NCBI RefSeq assembly: GCF_026210795.1
Contig: NC_089433.1
Location: 4,340,001-4,404,000, forward strand
From: Rhizophagus irregularis
Lineage: Eukaryota
Direction of reading: 5' to 3'
Length of the DNA: 64,000 nt
The notes under the pieces were generated by a model that saw only the letters and a program-made list of their open reading frames with translations, made no database searches and was not told where the DNA came from. A program made the position numbers and the translations under genes. Below, in pieces: positions 13,314-25,389 of the stretch (positions within the stretch are counted from its first letter, which is position 1; each line of letters starts with the position of its first letter).

Positions 13314-14401
13314 TAGTGCTCTACATGAGCTGGCTCGAGCCGAGCTACAGTCTGGCTTGGCTCGGCTTGAAGATCTGCGCCAAGCCAAGCCTGAAATGAG
13401 CCGAGTCACAAAAAATCTTGGCTCAGCTCAGTTCGAGCCAAGCTGAGCCATGAAAATCCTGGCTTGAGCCAAGCTGGGCTCGAGCTGGCTCGAGCTTTAT
13501 CATAAAAATGTTTTCGCAACATTTTTACTTTAAATTATTAAAAAAAACGTTGTGAAACATTTTTTACTTTTATATTTATATAAAACGCTGAAACTATTTG
13601 TTTCGGTGTTTTTCCTTTTAATTTTACATGTAAAAACGCTGAAACTGATAGTTTCGGCGTTTTTTTTTCGATTTTACATGTAAAAGCACCGGAATAATTG
13701 GTTCCGGCATATTTTCTTTTGGTTTTACATGTAAAAATGCCAAAACTGATAGTTTTGGCATTTTTTTTGATTTTACATGTAAAAACGCTGGAATAATTGG
13801 TTCCGGTGTATTTCCTTTTGGTTTTACATGTAAAAACGCCAAAACTGATAGTTTCGGCATTTTTTTCGATTTTACATGTAAAAGCACTGGAATAATTGGT
13901 TCCGGCGTATTTCTTTTTGATTTTACATGTAAAAACGTCGGAATCATTAGTTCCGGCATTTTTTTTTCAATTTTACATGTAAAAATGCCAGAATCATTAG
14001 TTCCGGCATTTTTTTCAATTTTACATGTAAAAATGCCAAAATTATTAGTTCCAGCATTTTTTTTCAATTTTACATGTAAAAACTTAAATAAATGTTTTCG
14101 CAACGTTCTTTAATAAACAATGAAAAAAAGTTGCGAAAACGTTTCATTTATGCATGCATTATTATATAAAAACATTTCGCAACATTATTTGTATAATAGC
14201 TCATTTGGCTCATAAGCCAGCTTGAGCTTTTTGAGCCAAGTTTGTTACAGGCTCGAGCTTTTTGAGCTGAGCCTAATAACTGGCTCGAGCTCTTCCAAGC
14301 TGGCTTGTGAGCCACCAAGCCAATTTAATCATGGCTTGGCTTGGCTCAGCTTGAAAAGCTTGAGCCAGCTCATGAGCCAGCTTGGCTCGTGTAGAGCACT
14401 A
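13314..14401. mobile_element. Non-autonomous hAT element inserted in the Helitron RepHel gene
   Basis: TIR TAGTGCTCTACA(T/C)GAGC. 8-bp TSD GTTGGTCT (13306-13313 and 14402-14409). GAGCC/GGCTC subterminal repeats. Internal ~58-bp tandem repeat built on the palindrome TTTTACATGTAAAA. Confidence 0.93.
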
Positions 14402-14537
14402 GTTGGTCTAGTTATTACTACTTCATAATTTTGAAAATATTGTGGATAAGTTAAATTGCTAAATTCTTCTTCTACTGGACGATCAAAATATTTTTCAATA
14501 TGGTTTTTCCAATAAGGATTATTATTTTCATCAATTA

Positions 14538-15006
14538 TTGCCATTTTCAGAAATGTTGGCACTCAGTGTGTTGATCATTTCTCAAATCGAACACACTGAA
14601 CACACACTGAACACAAACAAAACACAGCAATTAAAATTGCGAAAAAAAATTTTTTCCTTTATAAAACAAAAAATTAGACTTCGATAATATATTTTTAGGT
14701 AGTGTGCATAAAAAAATGTATAAAAATTATATTATTTATATATATGTATTCACTTGTATTTGCTTGTATTCGCTTATATTCAGTGTGTTCGGTTGTGTTC
14801 AGTTGTGTTCAGTGTGTGTTCGGTATAAATTTTAACATTTTCAATTTTTTTCATAACTAAAAATTGATAAAAATAGTTTTTATGTAAAACTATATACGCA
14901 CACTTCAAGTTCTCATAATTTTTTATATGTGTTCACGGTGTGTTCGGTGTGTTCATTTTGTAAAAATGATTGACACATTGAGTGCCAACATTTCTGAAAA
15001 CGGCAA
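14538..15006. mobile_element. MITE with TA target duplication (Tc1/mariner-type)
   Basis: ~35-bp TIR TTGCC(A/G)TTTTCAGAAATGTTGGCACTCA(A/G)TGTGT. Removing the element and one TA restores the Rep frame (…IRPIYL-IDENNNPYW…). Confidence 0.88.
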
Positions 15007-15912
15007 TAAATAAATAGGTCGAATAGCTTTTTGTCTACTTGTAGGAGGATCAGTAGTAAGATATGTAACAGCACAGGAAGAGTTACAAATAGTTTCTCCT
15101 AATATTAAGAACATTAATTCCATAGATCCTAATCTTCGAGCTACTATATGTTCTTTGAATTTGTCATCTTCTTGTATATTGAAAACATGGGATAGTTCTG
15201 ATTTTGCTATATATTTTGTTAAATAAAAGGCTAATTTTCTAGAACTAACATATTGTATATTCATATGAGCATTCCAAATCATTAAAGTTTGTGGATGATA
15301 AGGAACTATCCATTGATCTTCAGCTTTAATACATCTGTAAATATAATGTTGAGTATCAATATCAAAATATGTAACTGGAGAAAAAGGATGAGGAAATCCT
15401 TTTTTACAAGTATGACCTAAAGTAGCTGAACCTCCACATTTTGCACTACATGTATGAACTTGATTTGCTTTTACTTTTTCATATAAATCAGATTCAATAT
15501 CTGGATCAGGTAAATCAGATCTTATAAGATTTTTAGCAATCATTTGTTCAATAGATTTAGAAACCCAATATACACCATGGGTATGTGCTGCACCACGATT
15601 TTGAAATTCTACTCTTTCAAAAAAGTTAGTTAAATTACCCCATTCTGAATGTTCAGGGTTTTTCCAAATATGTTTTTTAAGTTGCTGTAAACGGTGTATA
15701 AAATGTAATGTAGTATGTAATGGTCTATTTGTTGGAATAGTATCATGATTATCTGTTGCTTTTAAAATTTTATGCAAATGTGTCCAGTGGCTTTCAGCCA
15801 TTGTAAGAGTAATAAATAGTGATGGTAATCCAAATGTTGAAATCATTGTATTTACATGAAGTTCTTTTTCATAAAAATATATATCACCAGTACGAATAAA
15901 AGTAGGTAAAGT

Positions 15913-16125
15913 AGGGATGCTCAACCAACTCGACTCATATAGAGGATAATCCTGTGTGCATAAAGAAGGAAAATATCACAAATCAACAATTATTGACGTA
16001 AAACGTCCAACCAATAATTACCAGAACACTTCCACTTTTGAGATTTTGACACCTGTTGATTTGATCAAGACGAGAATAATTACGAAACCTTCATTGTACG
16101 AGAATGAATCCCCTTTTGTATCACT
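15913..16125. other. ~210-bp insertion of unclear class in the Rep coding region
   Basis: Rep reads …IDESITT [insert] TLPTFIRTG…. Ends AGGGATGC and GTATCACT are weakly inverted. No convincing TSD. Confidence 0.45.
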
Positions 16126-16335
16126 TGTTGTTATAGATTCATCTATTATAAGTCTATTGGAATAACTTGATGTTTTTATAATTTCTGCTGCAGTTGGTGG
16201 ACGATAAACTTCATCAGCCTTATTTTGCCTCCAGATACGTTGATTATTTTGGTGATTACGAATTTTTTCTAATTGTAAATATGACCATGCTAACCATTTA
16301 GGATGAAGTCTAAATCGTGAATCAATATTTAAGAC

Positions 16336-19300
16336 TAGTGCTCCGAACGAGTCGATTCGAGTTAAGTTAAAATTAAACTCGGTTTGACTCGAAAAAAACG
16401 AGTCGATCCGAGTCAAGTTTTAATTATAAAAAATTATCAAATCGATTCAGATCGACTCGGAAAATGTATTGGCTCGTACTCGACTCGAATCGGTCAAGTC
16501 AAATCGAGTTAAGTACCCGAATCGAATTTAACTGGGTAATATTGTATTTTATAATGTCTGGTTTTTCTTGAGAGAAATGTGTCAAAACAATTCTCTTTTA
16601 TTTGAAACTCAAAGTTCAGTTATTGTTTTACACTTTTATTTGACCTAATATATTCTTTATTAATATTAACGTTTTGATAATACTCAAGGTGTATACTTTG
16701 AATTATAGCGCATTATACACATAAAGAAATTAGTGGTAGTCTGGTAGATGATAATAAACAAATAATAAATGCGGAAAGGACTACGAACAGCTTAATTCTT
16801 AAATTGTCAGATATTGACAAACTGTTTAAATGAAGTTAACAAACCATAAATTGAGGAAAATGCGCGTTAACGATGTACCAGGTAAAGAAGAACAAGAAAG
16901 TCAACGTATTAGAACTTCGTTCAATGTTCAACAATATTCTGGCTACGTTTTGGACTCTAGGATTCTTTGTACGATCAGTTATACTCAAATCAACGTGGTA
17001 TATTTTTATTTATAGAAAAGAGACTAGTTTAATTGTTTGGTTTATGGATACGTTATGTAGATTAGTTAGATAATTATTATTTATCGAGTATCAACATAAA
17101 AATAATAATGGAATACTTGAACCCAATTACATTAATATATTTTTCGATTATAAAATTTAAACAGTTAATCACATATGCAACACCTGTTATTCAGTAAATC
17201 ACATTTTTAAAAAAATTACATTAATTATTCAATCCTAATTTTTCCACCACGATTTTAAACACATGCACGCTTTTATAGTTTCGGGTGAAAGGCTGCATCT
17301 TTTTTGCGTCACAAGATCGGTACCTCCAGAAAAAGCTCTTTCGATTGGTACACTGGTTGCTAATTTAAACAATTAAACATTAAATCAGTAAATTAAAGTT
17401 TTGATCAATAATATATTTTTAAAGAATTTACCAGGAATGGCGAGATAATCACGCGCCATTGCCGCCAAGTGAGGATATTGGGATTCATTCAACTATAAAT
17501 AAATAATTTAGATTTAATAAATTATAAATTTTCCAATAAAATTATATTTTATTAGCCATACCTTCCACCATTCCAGTAAATTTATTCCATTTATACCTCC
17601 AGCTACAATCGGACATCCAAGATATAAATCCAATTCATTTTCATTCGATGATCATCATTTTTTGTATATATGTTGAAAGAGATCATCATCGGGAGATGAT
17701 ATATCATTGTCTTGAACTACATTTAGATCTAGTGTTGGCGCATACTGTGTTTCATATAAATTGTAAATATGTTGTCGTGCCTCTAATATATATTCATCCT
17801 CCCAATTATTATCCTTATAGTAGGTAAGTTTCAACCGGGGATCAAGAACTAAAAAAAAAATATAAACGTTAAAAATAAGTAAATAAAATTAAAATATAAA
17901 TGTTAAAAATAAGTAAACAAAATTAAAATAACAAAAAAAAACATACTGGTAGAAATGCTATATACCAAAGCATCTGTATACTGATAGTATTTTTTAAGTT
18001 TGTTCATAGCCTTCATTGCCGCTGTCTTTATAACATCTTTTATATCACTATTTTGAAAATCCTCAATTTTGTCCATTAACCAATTAAAAACAGGAATGGA
18101 GTTTTCAATTGTTGGAAAACGATTATGAGAAACATGTTTTGTAGCACGATCAAATATCTATAATATAAAAAATATTGTAATTTCACTAATTTGTAAATCA
18201 ATAAAAAATAATTATTTTATATAATTCATAAATCATAATATTCTTACATGTAATAACTGGTTTATTTCGTCAAGTAGTTCCCATTCAGCATCTTCTAACT
18301 CCCATCGGCATAAATCTTTATCTGCTGTTGCGGTGTTATCTAAAGCCTAAAGTGATTAATTAATTAATAAACAATTATAAATAAAATTTATTAATGATGG
18401 CAAATATTACCTCACGCAATTCACAGCTTCGTTTGATCATACTGTAGGTCGAGTTCCATCTCGTCCTTACATCAAGGACAAGTTCTTTATCGGGTAAGTT
18501 AGCTGCTCCACATTGGCGCGCAAATTTTTCTCATCTTTGTGAAGATGCGAGAATTTTTACAACAAGTTTACGGAGCTTAGGAATGACATCAACTATTTCT
18601 TTATTTTGGTTTAAAATCTCATCCTCACTCTCAACATATCCAACTTTCAAACTAGATAGTGCATCTTGTGCAGCAAGATTGATTACATGGGCCATGCACC
18701 TAATATGATTATTGTACGCAGTAAAATCGATACCTTTTTCCTGACAAGTTGTTTCTAATGCACTCATTAGGGTATCATTATTTGTAGCATTGTCTGTAGT
18801 ACATGCTATAATCTAAATTTCATATAATAAAAAATAATTAATAAATTATAATTTATGCCAACTAATAATGAACAAATTACTCTACCTTTGTGAGTATTTT
18901 CATGTCATCACAAACACATCGTACAAAAGATTCATATAGGTTTTCACCAGAATGTAGTCCAGATAATTTAACAAAATCAAGTAAAAGTTCTTTTAGTTTC
19001 CAATCTTGGGATATCCAATGTACAGTGATCCCAAGAAACGGAATGCAACTTGGTGAGGTCCATGCATCAAGCGTGAATGAAAGACGTCCCGGAGTATTCT
19101 AATAATCAATATAATTATTAATTAATAATAATATTATTAGTTAAATAAATAAAAGTAATAAAAAAATTTACCTGTAAAGTATCCCCGTATTTTATTTATT
19201 TCTTCTTTAAATGCATTCATGATATCATTGCGGACTGTGTCTGCAGATGGTACTTTAGCATTAGGATTAAGTAAACAAAATAATCTTCGAAGTTGATCAC

Positions 19301-19982
19301 ATTCTACAACTACAAAAGGTTGGTCGTCACAAACGACCCATTTAAAAATAAATTCTCAAAATAAATCTGCAGTAAAACGCTAAATATATTTATTAAAACT
19401 CAAACATATTAGTTTTATTGTTAAATATTAAATATATTAATACAAAAAAAAAATTAAAAACTTACGGGAAATTCTTTTATGACAAACTTATCAATCTCAC
19501 TGGTATTTTCTATGTCTGACTCAACTTTATTAGGATGCTTATTTTTTAAGTGTTTATGAAGGTTAGAAGTATTTCCACCAGTTCATTTATACGCTTTACT
19601 TTTTATTTTAAATTATTTATTAATAAATTTACCTATAAAACTTAATAATAATAATTTTTAAATAATATACTTACGAACAGTAATTACATTGTGCCTTTTC
19701 CTTAACTATTGTAAAGTGTGCCCATACTGAACTATAAGTTCTTGATGAACTCTCACTCATTTTGGAGTTCGGGCTTATGGTTAAAATAAAAAAAAAAGTA
19801 TTGATCATCGATTTCAAACCAGGTCAGTCAAGTTTAATAGGGGACTCGGATTTGACTCGACTCGTGATCGACTCGTGACTCGACTTGATATCACGAGTAT
19901 AAAAATTATTTGACTCGTAATCGACTCGACTCGACTCGACTCGAAATTAAACCCGATTTGGCTCGACTCGTTCAGAGCACTA
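16336..19982. mobile_element. hAT (Ac-like) transposon inserted in the Helitron
   Basis: TIR TAGTGCTC(C/T)GAACGAGTCGA. 8-bp TSD TTTAAGAC (16328-16335 and 19983-19990). GACTC subterminal repeats. Confidence 0.95.
17250..19760 (-). pseudogene. Multi-exon BED-finger hAT transposase with in-frame stops
   Basis: MSESSSRTYSSVWAHFT..AQCNYC / NTSNLHKHL (BED finger); SFTLDAWTS; CTTDNATNND; HIRCMAHVINLAAQ; DVRTRWNST; LDPRLK; YPHLAAMARDYLAIP / ATSVPIERAFS. Internal TGA stops, e.g. at 18531. Confidence 0.92.
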
Positions 19983-21159
19983 TTTAAGACTCTTTATTTG
20001 ATATATTTGGAATATGTTTCTTCACGAGTAAGATTTGAATTAGAAGTATTATCATTATAATATCCTTTTCCATTTGGGAATAAATCAGGAAATAATAATG
20101 CTTCTAAATCTGGATCATTTATAGCTAAAGGTAATAAAGTACTATCTGGTGTTCTGATAAATCCTGCCATTAAATGAGAATAATGGTAATCCTCATTATG
20201 AATTTCAACATTAAAATTAGCATTAGGAACTACAATATCATTTGGCAAATATGGTGGTGCTGAATTATCATCAGGTAAATGAAAGGCACTTGGAAATGGA
20301 TTAGCTGTTTGTGAACCAGGTAAATCTAAAAGATGTGAATAATTTTTTAAAAAGGGGTTATGTTGTTTTAACCAATTGGCTGCTTCAATTAAAGTATCAT
20401 CAAGCCAAGAATTATTATTTCTTGATGAATTATTATCAAGGTAAGCACCAAGCATTCCAGAATATAATGTTAAAGCACGCATATTTTTTGAAAGGTTCAT
20501 TGATCCAGTTAATGTTCTGTATTCTGTATATATGGCACTTTGACCAGAAGTTCTACCTAAAGAATAATGTATAAATACGGGAGATAAATACATTCGTTTT
20601 CCTATAGGTATGGCTTGAATTTCATTTGGAATGGGATAAAGAAATGGAAATGCATATCTAGTAGTAGGTTTTTTACATGATAAATATACAGCAATGCGTC
20701 GTGGAGGTTTAATGTGAAAAGTTAATAATGATTTAGGTTCAGTTTCTGGGTATGCTTGCAAAAGAGGGTAAGAAAAATTCTCATCATAAGGTAACCATTC
20801 ACATTTCTCAGGATATATTAGACGACCACAAAATGCACATACAGCGCAAATAAATTGATTTAAAATAGATAAATTAAAATTTGATAGCAGGGTTAAGAAT
20901 TTTGTGCTTGGTATCCAAGGGTCAATGGGTGAATAATTTACAATAATAGGCATTGAATTTTCATATCACCAAGATTGGTGAGACTGTAATTGATTTTGTA
21001 ATTGTCTTAACATAATTTCAGGATCACTTTGATGATCAGTAAGAGGATCTGTATCAAAAGTATAATGTTGATATGTATTGAAAGACATAGTAATTAAATG
21101 TAAAGTTAAAAAAAAATTATTAAAATTTTAATTTTTTTTAAAGAAAAAAAAAAAGGTTC

Positions 21160-21600
21160 ATTTTATACTATGTTAACTGGTCATGATCGGTCATGACCAT
21201 GGCTGATATTGGTCGGTCAAAGGCTTTGTGATCAACTATCTTAAATGCCTAAAATGTTAACTGATCAGGATTGATTATGACTGTGGCTGTTTGGCTGATA
21301 TTGGTTGGCCAAAGGCTTTGTAATTGACTATCTTAAATGCCTAAAATGTTAACTGATCAGGATTTGTCATGGCTGTGCTTATTTTTTTTTAAAGAAAAAA
21401 AAAGTTCAGAATATGCATTATTTTATACTATATTAACTGGTCGTGGTCGGTCATGACCGTGGCTGATATTGGTCGATCAAAGCCTCAAAGGCTTTGTGAT
21501 CGACTATCTTAAATGCCTAAAATGCTAACTGATCGGGATTGGTCATGGCTGTGCTGGTCAAAGGCTTTGTGATCGACTATCTTAAATGCTTAAAATGGGC
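21160..21600. repeat. Tandem ~75-95-bp repeats upstream of the RepHel start
   Basis: aaaggctttgtgatc(g/a)actatcttaaatgc(c/t)taaaatg recurs four times (one copy diverged). Confidence 0.75.
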
Positions 21601-22259
21601 AGAATGCTGAAAAATGCTGAAAATGTCGAAAAATGCCGAAAATGCTGAAAAATCAAGAATGCCGAAGGCTGAGAATTCATTGATTTTTGTGCGAAATGTA
21701 TGAATTTTGGCAATTATTATAATATGAAATTTTTTAAATTACCTAACAAATTTATTTAAAAATTTTTATTTTATGGTAAAATCATTACATTTATTTTTTA
21801 ATTGTTTTACTTAAAAAGAATTAGTGAATATATTAACGAAATCAGTGGCAATTTATTATCAAATTTCTTTTTGGATTTTATTTGTAATTTTATTTATTTT
21901 TTCTAAAAATATTAATATTTCAATTAATCAATTGTTAATGATAAATGAAAAAATAAGTTTATCAGTGTCATGTGCTTTCAATAAAAAAGTTTTTTTTATT
22001 TACAAATAAATAATTAATAAATCATTTTTTTTAAATTAGAACATTTATTTTTTTAGTAATTCATAAGTATCATGCTTTAATGTCTTTTAGAAAAAAAAGA
22101 ATAATAAATTTTATTCAAAACGAAAGTTTCAAAATGTACTAATCTTGAAAAGTTTGAATAAAAAGAAACTGAAAAATACTTTAAAAAAAATTAAAGAAAA
22201 AAATTCAAAGCTGTTTTAAAATTATTCATTCAATGAACCTATTATATTCGAAAATAAAA

Positions 22260-23160
22260 GGTGACCTACGATAAGTAGAGAAAATGTTGTTTCAAGATGA
22301 CATTTATTAACCCATGCAAATCAAAGCAAAGGACCTATAGAAAGAAAAAATGAATTGTTAAAAGTTTTTCAAGATTAATAAAAAGGAAATTAAAAAATAA
22401 ATTTACCAAGAATCTGAGATAGTAAAATGAAATCGAAGAAATCTACAAAACAAAAAAATAAAGAAATGTTAAATCTATTTTCAAGAAAAAAGATAAAAAA
22501 AGTTTCAAATTTACGTTATTATCAATCATCATTATAATTCGCTATCTACTTCTAAATCATTGTTCTCATCTTTCTTTTTCGTGTCTTTGTCCTCTAAATT
22601 GTTGTTTTTGTCATCTAGAACCATTTCCACTTCTCTTTGTGTTGATTGGTTAGACTATGGAATCATTGGGTCATTATAATAGAATATTTATCTGAATTAT
22701 CCAAATCGAAATAGGAACAGAAATCTACAAAAGATAAAAGGAAACATTAGTAATGTTTCTTAAGTCAATTCCGAATAGAACGCCACTCTTACAACTTACC
22801 CAGGTAAGTTTCAGGTCTTCAAGGCCGTTCTCTACAAAAACAAAAGAAAAACAAAACGTTAATAACGTTTCTTAAGCCAATTCCGAATAGAACGCCACCA
22901 TTACAACTTACCCAGATAAGTTCCAGATCTTCAAGGCCATTCCCTACAAAAACAAAGGAAAAATGAAACGTTAAAAACGTTTCTTAAGTATTAAAAAAAA
23001 CCTTTGTCCCCAATGAACTTACGAAATCGTTTCCAAGATTTCAAGAGTCCGTTTCCTATAAAATATAAAAAATAAACGTTAATAAAATTTTTAAAAAGTG
23101 AATTTAAAAACTTTTTGATATTTACCTTTCAAGTCGAGTCCTAAATAAAGTTCTGTGCTC
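22260..23160 (-). repeat. Array of micro-exon/short-intron units inside the Helitron
   Basis: About 6-7 GTAAG/GTAAA...TAG introns of ~65-75 nt separated mostly by 30-40-nt exons. Units at ~22720-22990 are near-identical. Confidence 0.6.
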
Positions 23161-24271
23161 CTGATTTTATATTTGAAATTTTTTTTTTAAAAAAAGAAAA
23201 ATCAAAATCCCAAAAAAATTTATATAAAAAAAATAAAAATCAGGTGTAAAACTGAAAAAAATAATGATTTAATAAAATCGAAAAAAATATATTTTTTAAA
23301 AAATAAAAAATAAAACTGATAAAAAAAAATTAAATAACAAAAAAAGCCATAACGGGAAAAAATGTTTATATAAAAAAAAAATTATATAAAAAAAAAGGGT
23401 TTAGTTTATAAAAAAAAATATTACCGATACGAAATTTTTTTTTTATTTAAAAATTGAAAAAAAAGAGATCGATAAATAATTTATCAAATCTGATTTATTT
23501 AGTCCAATTAAATTTGATTGTCAAAAATTATTTTGGTCATTTATTTTTGACGTAATTACAATACGGCCTTGTGCGACATTTGGAACAGAATCTTTTTTTT
23601 TTTTTACGATGACAAACGCATATTTATTTAATTATAATACCCTTGTAAATGGTATATTGCTCACAAATACAAATACAAGCTATAGAATAATCTCAATATA
23701 TCCATTGAAATTAAGTATGTAAAACCACTCGCTCTCTTCATGTCAAAGCGATTCCCGTCCCTGATCAACACCTTAACCACTACACCAACCTATCTAGAGC
23801 TATCTACGCCCAGGGTTCTTTTCTTTTTTTAACTTTAACTTCTCTCAAACCGTCTTCTGATTCTTCAAAATCCATGTCGCTGCGTGTTCCCTGTTTTTTC
23901 TTTATACGCTTTTTGACTTTTTTATATAATCTTCATCCTCCTCTGATGATGACGATGTAGGCAGTGAAAATCCACTACTTTTGATATAGCAAATGGATTC
24001 CGATTCATATACAGTATTGGAATCTGACATTCTGAGGATGAGGATTTGAAATTAGTGTAGTATGATTAACAGTTTAATATACATCACTTATTATATGTCC
24101 ATGTTAACAAATATTTTATTTATATAAAGAAAATGCGAAATACAGATAAGATAAAACAAAAAGAGAATGATATATTTATAAAGGGATATAATAAAATGGA
24201 AAATGAGAAATGTAGAGAATGAAGAATCAAAAAAATAGAACTATCAAAGTAAAAAAGTGAAATGTAAAAAG

Positions 24272-25389
24272 CTAATTAGGGTTATCCAAATTATTATTGG
24301 AATCAGTGGTGGCAAGAACGTCTGAAGCGATATCTGCTAATTTTTGTAATTTGTTAACACGAAAAGATGATCTCGGTTTTCTTTTTGTAGGTTATTTGGG
24401 TTGTTGCAAGTTTTTATGGATTGTTTTCGCGTTAGTATGTGTGTTTGCTGCTGGTGGAGTAGAGATTGTTTTCACGTTAGTATGTGTATTTGCTACTGGC
24501 GGAGTAGAGATTGTTTTCACGTTAGTATGTGTATTTGCTGCTGGCGGAGTAGAAGAGGAAGTGGTATTTGTTGTTGAAGTAGGAGGTAGTTGAGGCTTGA
24601 TAGGTGATGCATCAGGACTTGAAACAGGTGATTTTAAGGAATTTAGCCATGACATACGTTTTGTTGGGGATGAAGTAATAGGAGATTGTTGGCCTTGAAG
24701 GAAACTAAAGTTGTGTAGCTCTAAATAGAGCTTGCCTTTGATTGATGATAGTGTGCCTGAAAAAAAAACAGATGATCCTCGTTTAACAATAGTGGTTTGA
24801 TTCATAAACCTGCTACCGGTTGGGTGAAATAATGTAATTGACACTTCAGTAGGTTTATCTTTTGATAAATAATCGGTAATAACACAATCTATTTGAATAC
24901 CAATATCAGTAATTAGAGCAGGTTCAGATGCCACAGCGATACCAACTACATTAATTTGGTGTACTGGAAGATTTTCGGGCAATATATCCAAAATAGTGGC
25001 CGAAGTTAAGATAATCTAAATTGGTTAATAATAATTTTTTTTCAATATTCTTTCCCTTTTTTTCTTGAAGTTTAATTAATGACAACAAAAATACATGATT
25101 AAATTTTATTTATTTACAAAAATTGAATACTTACGTCAAGTTCATTATTTTTAGCACTTTTACTAAATTTAGAGTTTGCAATTGATAAAACTTGTCCTTC
25201 GCTCAATTTCGGTACATAACATGGCTTAGTTTCATCTACAGGATAAAATACTGTAATGTTGAAAGTTTGTACAGCCTCTCCCTCCTCCTCGAGCCGAGCG
25301 TATCCAAGAGCAGAACCTATGAAAAAGTCACTCAAGGTTCTTTCTTTATAATCTGATACGTAAAGTATCGTCGAAAGTTGGGCAGGCAT
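24272..25389 (-). pseudogene. Two-exon putative tandem OB-fold ssDNA-binding (RPA-like) protein with a Ser/Thr/Pro-rich tail; Helitron accessory gene
   Basis: ATG at 25389; intron 25134-25016 (GTAAGT..TAG) joins the frames. Two beta-rich modules (QTFNITVFYP..LSEGQVLSIANSKF; VSITLFHP..VKRGSSVFFSGTL). Premature TAA at 24392, with the frame open again to TAG at 24272. The fold call is pattern-based. Confidence 0.6.

Larger units (their letters stand above)
11568..21088 (-). pseudogene. Helitron Rep/helicase (HUH endonuclease + PIF1-family SF1B helicase), disrupted by four insertions and stops
   Basis: Rep motifs SLFITLT, FFERVEFQNRGAAHTHG and FYLTKYIAK. PIF1 motifs ITGSSGTGKS, APTGIAA..IGGETIHS, IIDEISMV, FGGLNVIIVGDLAQLPPV, QFPLQNAFALTVHKTQGLTL and G*AYTALSR. 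ATG at 21088, TAA at 11568-11570. Confidence 0.93.

Noticed and set aside
13624..14103. 159-aa repetitive ORF (LHVKSK repeats)
   Set aside because: Translation of the internal tandem repeat of a non-autonomous hAT.
16830..17073. Small plus-strand ORFs inside the hAT 3' region
   Set aside because: Short, with no recognisable motif; cannot be distinguished from chance.
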